From an uncultured Nitrospiraceae bacterium (GTDB taxonomy: Bacteria; Nitrospirota; Thermodesulfovibrionia; Thermodesulfovibrionales; Dissulfurispiraceae), in contig CAVPIW010000006.1 in assembly GCA_963705105.1 (NCBI GenBank), positions 448,001-512,000 of the forward strand: a stretch of 64,000 nt of DNA. Direction: 5' to 3'. A program made the translations under genes and the position numbers. The notes beneath the pieces were generated by a model. That model did not search any database, was not told where the DNA came from, and saw nothing but the letters and a program-made list of their open reading frames with translations. Each line of letters starts with the position of its first letter. Within the stretch, counting starts at the first letter, position 1. This document shows positions 60,109-64,000 of the stretch, piece by piece.

Positions 60109-60319
60109 ACGGAGGTGGTCGCCGGGACGGCAGATATGGTCCAAAGCCTTTCCAATGCGATGATGAGACATCTCCAGGTGTTCAGCGCCTGTTGCCTGAC
60201 GGGCGGTTGTCATCAACAGACATGGCAAAGGGTGGTCCGGTGACGAATAAGGTATCTTAGAGGAAAGGCTTTTCACCACATCAGCCGTCCCGTCCTGCTG
60301 GTCGTGGCCTGTTTCGATT

Positions 60320-60462
60320 ATTATACATAGCGTCTAAAGTCATCTGTCATTCCCGCAACCCCGCGCGTGATGCGGGGGCGTCGGGAATCCTGCTGACGAC
60401 GAAGATAGATTCCGGACAAGCCGAAATGACAAACTGAACGGACTTATGTCGTTGTGTATAAT
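60320..60462. mobile_element. Second inverted-repeat element enclosing a REP-like palindrome
   Basis: Ends ATTATACATAGCGTCTAAAGTC / GACTTATGTCGTTGTGTATAAT (17/22 complementary); inner TGTCATTCCCG..GGGAATCC..GATTCCGG..AATGACA at 60345-60431. Confidence 0.65.
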
Positions 60463-60602
60463 TGCAGATGAATGACTCTTCATGACTCATGGATTTTTCG
60501 GTGGTACATCGTCCCCCGAGGGCATGTGCAGCGTGTCACATTATTTTGGTATCTTAAACACCAATGGAGTGAATCACAGAACGAGCAAAGGAGGAGAGGG
60601 AG

Positions 60603-61406
60603 ATGACCAAAATTGTCGTCACCGGTGCGGCCGGTCGGATGGGAAGCAGGATTATAGCCCTTGCGAAGGACAATGCCGGGCTGAAACTCGTGGGAGCGCT
60701 CGAGCGGGCAGGTCACGAGAGCATCGGCAAGGATGTGGGTCTGATGCACGGTCTCGGCGAAACGAATGTCCTCGTCCGGGACAGTCTCGGGGACATCATC
60801 GACGAGTGCGATGCCGTCATAGATTTCACGGGCGTCGGAGCGACGCTGGAGCACGTCAAGACGGCGGCGGAACGGAAAAAGGCGATGGTCATCGGGACGA
60901 CGGGGCTCAAGAAGGACGAGATCGCACAGATCGCCTCTGCGGCCGCGGGCATCCCGGTCGTCCTCGCTCCCAACATGAGCGTCGGCGTCAACCTGCTCCT
61001 CCGGGTGCTCCGGGACATTGCTCAGGTCCTCGGGGACGACTATGACGTCGAGGTGATCGAGGCCCATCACCGGATGAAGAAGGATGCCCCGAGCGGTACG
61101 GCCCTGAAAATGGCCCAGGTGATCGCCGAGGCCCTCAACCGCGACCTCGACGACGTCGCGACGTATGCGCGGAAAGGGCTCATCGGAGAGCGGCAGAAGA
61201 GGGAAATCGGCATCCAGACTATCAGGGCCGGCGATATCGTGGGAGAGCACACAGTCCTGTTCGGCGGTCTCGGCGAGCGCATCGAGATCACCCACAGGGT
61301 CTCGAGCAGGGACACCTTCGCCCGGGGCGCCCTGAAAGCGGCCCTGTGGATTGAGGGAAAGCAGCCGGGATTATACGACATGCAGGATGTGCTGGGACTG
61401 AAATAG
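60603..61406 (+). CDS. dapB: 4-hydroxy-tetrahydrodipicolinate reductase
   Basis: GAAGRMG, IDFT, IGTTG, APNMSVGVN, EAHHRMKKDAPSGTA. Confidence 0.97.
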   Translation: MTKIVVTGAAGRMGSRIIALAKDNAGLKLVGALERAGHESIGKDVGLMHGLGETNVLVRDSLGDIIDECDAVIDFTGVGATLEHVKTAAERKKAMVIGTTGLKKDEIAQIASAAAGIPVVLAPNMSVGVNLLLRVLRDIAQVLGDDYDVEVIEAHHRMKKDAPSGTALKMAQVIAEALNRDLDDVATYARKGLIGERQKREIGIQTIRAGDIVGEHTVLFGGLGERIEITHRVSSRDTFARGALKAALWIEGKQPGLYDMQDVLGLK

Positions 61407-61418
61407 TGTACAAAAAAA

Positions 61419-61487
61419 GTGCGAGTGTCAGTGTGAGTGTCAGTAAAAGAAATGACAGGTCTATCAAGAAACAGTGTGAGTGTGAGT
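61419..61487. repeat. GTGT(C/G)A hexamer tracts
   Basis: GTGCGAGTGTCAGTGTGAGTGTCAGT and CAGTGTGAGTGTGAGT. Confidence 0.8.
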
Positions 61488-61488
61488 A

Positions 61489-61740
61489 TGCAATAGGACC
61501 TTCGAAAAGGCGGGGCGAAGATGCCGAAAAGCCTTGGTGCTGCGAAACCGTTGCCTTCCCATGTGGATTATTTCAGGCCGACGGTCGATGACACAAAGAA
61601 TGGAATCGTGTAGGGGCCGTTCCCCGAACGGCCCGACATTAAAGAAGCGGTCTGCTCGGGGAGCAGACCCTACAATGATCATTCTCGCTATCAGCAAGGC
61701 TTTGAGGCACTTTGTCCCGCCTTTTCATGTAACCGCAAGG
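61489..61740. mobile_element. MITE-like family 1, copy 8, with nested REP doublet
   Basis: Both ends and interior match the reverse complement of 22834-23045 except for an inserted 64-bp REP pair. Confidence 0.82.
61610..61673. repeat. GTAG-type REP doublet (REPIN-like)
   Basis: GTAG-GGGCCGTTC-CCC-GAACGGCCC and, inverted, GTAG-GGTCTGCTC-CCC-GAGCAGACC. Confidence 0.8.
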
Positions 61741-61747
61741 TAAATGC

Positions 61748-61784
61748 AACAGGGCAGGTTGCCTGAAGTAACCTGCCCTGTTTT
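61748..61784. terminator. Intrinsic terminator between convergent units
   Basis: AACAGGGCAGGTTGC-CTGAA-GTAACCTGCCCTGTT followed by T-rich sequence. Confidence 0.75.
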
Positions 61785-61804
61785 AATTTCCCTGCCGGTG
61801 AAGC

Positions 61805-62290
61805 TCAGCCTTCGACGATGCCGTGCTCTTCCCACATGTACCAGTTGCCCGAATCGTTCATAAAGGAAAAGGTGTTCGAAAAAATGTTGTAATGGGCCTC
61901 TTCCTCTTTGAGAAGACGCTGGAACAGAGCCTTCTCCTTCTCGGACGGGGCTTCCGCCATGGCCTTCCGGTAGAATTCGACACCCTCCTTCTCCATGTCC
62001 ATGGCGATTTTGAAGGCATCAACCTCGTCCTTTGTCGCCGCCACACGCTCCATCATCTGCGGCTTCATCTCCTCGAAGATCGACCTGACGGCCTTCACGG
62101 GATTGGCGTCCTTTGCATGCAGGTCCAAACCCTTGAGGATCTGCGAGATCATCTCGACATGGCGTTTTTCATCATCCACGATGGAAAGGAACATCTTCTT
62201 GCCGACAGGGTTCGATGTCCTGTCCGCAGCCTCCCCGTAAAACTTTATCGCGTCCGTCTCCATTCTCAATGCGATTTCAACTGACGTCAT
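61805..62290 (-). CDS. Ferritin-like / rubrerythrin family diiron protein
   Basis: Two E..FY..ExxH repeats (DEKRH, EEAH). Confidence 0.88.
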   Translation of the reverse strand: MTSVEIALRMETDAIKFYGEAADRTSNPVGKKMFLSIVDDEKRHVEMISQILKGLDLHAKDANPVKAVRSIFEEMKPQMMERVAATKDEVDAFKIAMDMEKEGVEFYRKAMAEAPSEKEKALFQRLLKEEEAHYNIFSNTFSFMNDSGNWYMWEEHGIVEG

Positions 62291-62352
62291 ACACGCCTCC
62301 TTTCAATAACACAACGCACACTACCTCCAAGTAGTAGACAGTAAACAGTAGA

Positions 62353-62422
62353 CCCTATTGTTGCATGCGCCCTCAGAAAAAACGGGACGTATGCGCCGAA
62401 AAGCCCCGGTGCGCCGAGCGAC
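62353..62422. repeat. Solo end of MITE-like family 1
   Basis: CCCTATTGTTGCATGCGC..CGGGACGTATGCGCCGAAAAGCCCCGGTGCG. Confidence 0.7.
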
Positions 62423-62451
62423 CGCACCGGTCAACCCCGATGGGGCAGGTG

Positions 62452-62610
62452 TTACTCCTTCTCGAACATGTCCTTCGCTGCACCGCAGACAGGGCAGACC
62501 CATTCTTCGGCCAGCTTGTCGAAAGGCGTTCCGGCAGGGGCTCCGTTATCGGGATCACCGAACTCAGGATCATAGACATAACCGCAGATAGTGCATTTCC
62601 ACTTTTCCAT
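62452..62610 (-). CDS. Rubredoxin (52 aa, not in the ORF track)
   Basis: [63 protein letters not shown]. Confidence 0.96.
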   Translation of the reverse strand: MEKWKCTICGYVYDPEFGDPDNGAPAGTPFDKLAEEWVCPVCGAAKDMFEKE

Positions 62611-62649
62611 TGCTCCTCCTTCTGATATATAAATTATAAATACAGGTTT

Positions 62650-63969
62650 TTAGTATACCACATTTTCCCCAGTCTCTTTGCCGGGTTCCGTCTTCTCCAT
62701 TTTGACCTTGGCGATCCGCTGACCGACCATCTCGACGACCCTCAAGGTCATGCTCTCCAGCTCGATGATGTCTCCCGTCTGCGGTATCTTCTGCATGTGG
62801 GTCAGGATAAACCCCCCGAGCGTTTCGTATTCCGTTGACTCGGGCAGCTCGACCTGGTGGTCGTCCCTCAGGTCCCGGATGCTGATGGAGGCGTCGATGA
62901 TGAGAGAACCATCGGCAAGCTGAATGACGGGGCTCTCGATGTCATATTCGTCCCGGATTTCGCCGACGATCTCCTCGAGCAGGTCTTCAAGGGTGACGAG
63001 CCCCGACACGCCGCCGTACTCATCGATCACGACGGCCATGTGCACCCTCTTCTTCTGCATCTCCCGGAGGAGGAGACTGATCTTGAGCGTCTCGGGCACA
63101 AAGAAGGGGGGCTTTATGATCTTCCGGACGTCGACGGTGCCGGTCCTCATGAGGACATTGTAGAAGTCTTTTGCAATGAGGACGCCCCGTACATCGTTGA
63201 TGTCCTTGCCGATAACGGGGTAGCGGGAGAACTTCTCCTCCGCAATGAGGGTGCGCACGTCGTCCACGGGCATGCCCACGCCGATCGTCACCATCTGAGG
63301 GGTGGGAATCATGACCTCACGAACGAAGGTGTCCGTGAACTCGAAGACACTGTGGATGAGCTCCTTCTCCTCCGGCTCGAACACACCCTGCTCTCCCCCC
63401 TCCTCGATGAGGAGCTTCACCTCCTCTTCCGATATGTACCCTCGCTCAGTGAAGGCTTTCCGTCCGAAGGGCTTCAGCAGGAGGTTCGTGCTCCCTGTCA
63501 GGAGACTGACGAAGAGGCCCGCGATCTTCGAGAAGCGCTCGATGATCGGGGCGGTGAAGAGGCCGATGCCCTCGGGATTCGAGAGGGCGAGGGATTTGGG
63601 GACCAGCTCCCCGAAGACGAGGGAGACGTAGGTGATAACGAGCACGACGGCGCCGATGGAAATCGCCTCGCTCCATGCCGACAGCCAGGGGATTCCCAGG
63701 GAAACGATGACCGGTTTGATCTCCTTGACTGCCGTTGCACCGCCGATGGCGGAGGCAAGAGCGCCCGCAAGGGTGACGCCGATCTGGATGGTGGCAAGAA
63801 ACCGGTCGGGCTCTTCGCGAAGACGATTCAGGATGATGGACGGGGTGTTGCCTTCATCGATGAGCTGCTTGATCCTCGATCTCCTCATCGAGACGACGGC
63901 AATTTCCGATGCGGCGAAGAACCCGTTGATAATGACGAAAAACGCTATCAGCGCAAAATCAATCCACAT
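62650..63969 (-). CDS. Hemolysin family / CNNM-CBS-CorC transporter-associated protein
   Basis: NGFFAASEIA, FLATIQIGVT, VFGELVPKS, FSRYPV, IDEYGGVSGLVTLEDLLEEIVGEI, YETLGG. Confidence 0.93.
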   Translation of the reverse strand: MWIDFALIAFFVIINGFFAASEIAVVSMRRSRIKQLIDEGNTPSIILNRLREEPDRFLATIQIGVTLAGALASAIGGATAVKEIKPVIVSLGIPWLSAWSEAISIGAVVLVITYVSLVFGELVPKSLALSNPEGIGLFTAPIIERFSKIAGLFVSLLTGSTNLLLKPFGRKAFTERGYISEEEVKLLIEEGGEQGVFEPEEKELIHSVFEFTDTFVREVMIPTPQMVTIGVGMPVDDVRTLIAEEKFSRYPVIGKDINDVRGVLIAKDFYNVLMRTGTVDVRKIIKPPFFVPETLKISLLLREMQKKRVHMAVVIDEYGGVSGLVTLEDLLEEIVGEIRDEYDIESPVIQLADGSLIIDASISIRDLRDDHQVELPESTEYETLGGFILTHMQKIPQTGDIIELESMTLRVVEMVGQRIAKVKMEKTEPGKETGENVVY

Positions 63970-64000
63970 TGACGGTGACAGGCACCCTCCTGATACGTCG

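Noticed and set aside
1501..63972. Long antisense ORFs (e.g. 1501-2754, 39401-41128, 45147-47537, 51072-52892, 62857-63972)
   Set aside because: Shadow frames of well-supported GC-rich genes, with no recognisable motifs

Overview
GC-rich bacterial chromosome segment. Gene content and order suggest an anaerobic Nitrospirota (Thermodesulfovibrionia-like) or Desulfobacterota-like organism (inference). Housekeeping and metabolic genes: mlaF/mlaD, ppdK, a PEP-synthase-like kinase, greA-pyrK-pyrD, ihfA-merR-tRNA-Pro, four-subunit pyruvate:ferredoxin oxidoreductase, bioW, trxA, miaB-mtaB, proS-ppx, glnD-tamB-bamA, fhs, uvrA-apbE, yacG, dapB, a ferritin-like protein, rubredoxin and a CNNM protein. 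A probable dif site at 26541-26568 would place the window at the replication terminus. Most notable: (1) about ten copies of a 170-250 bp MITE-like element with 4-bp target duplications and variable interiors that host other repeat families (CACTGA-type hexamers, a GTAG REP doublet), plus a second inverted-repeat shell and a composite tandem unit; (2) a porin / 9-heme / 9-11-heme lipoprotein cluster resembling an extracellular electron transfer conduit; (3) a secreted six-cysteine protein with beta-defensin-like spacing; (4) two toxin-antitoxin patches with truncated remnants, and accessory genes that appear to be transcribed leaderless. All calls come from reading the sequence; no searches were run.
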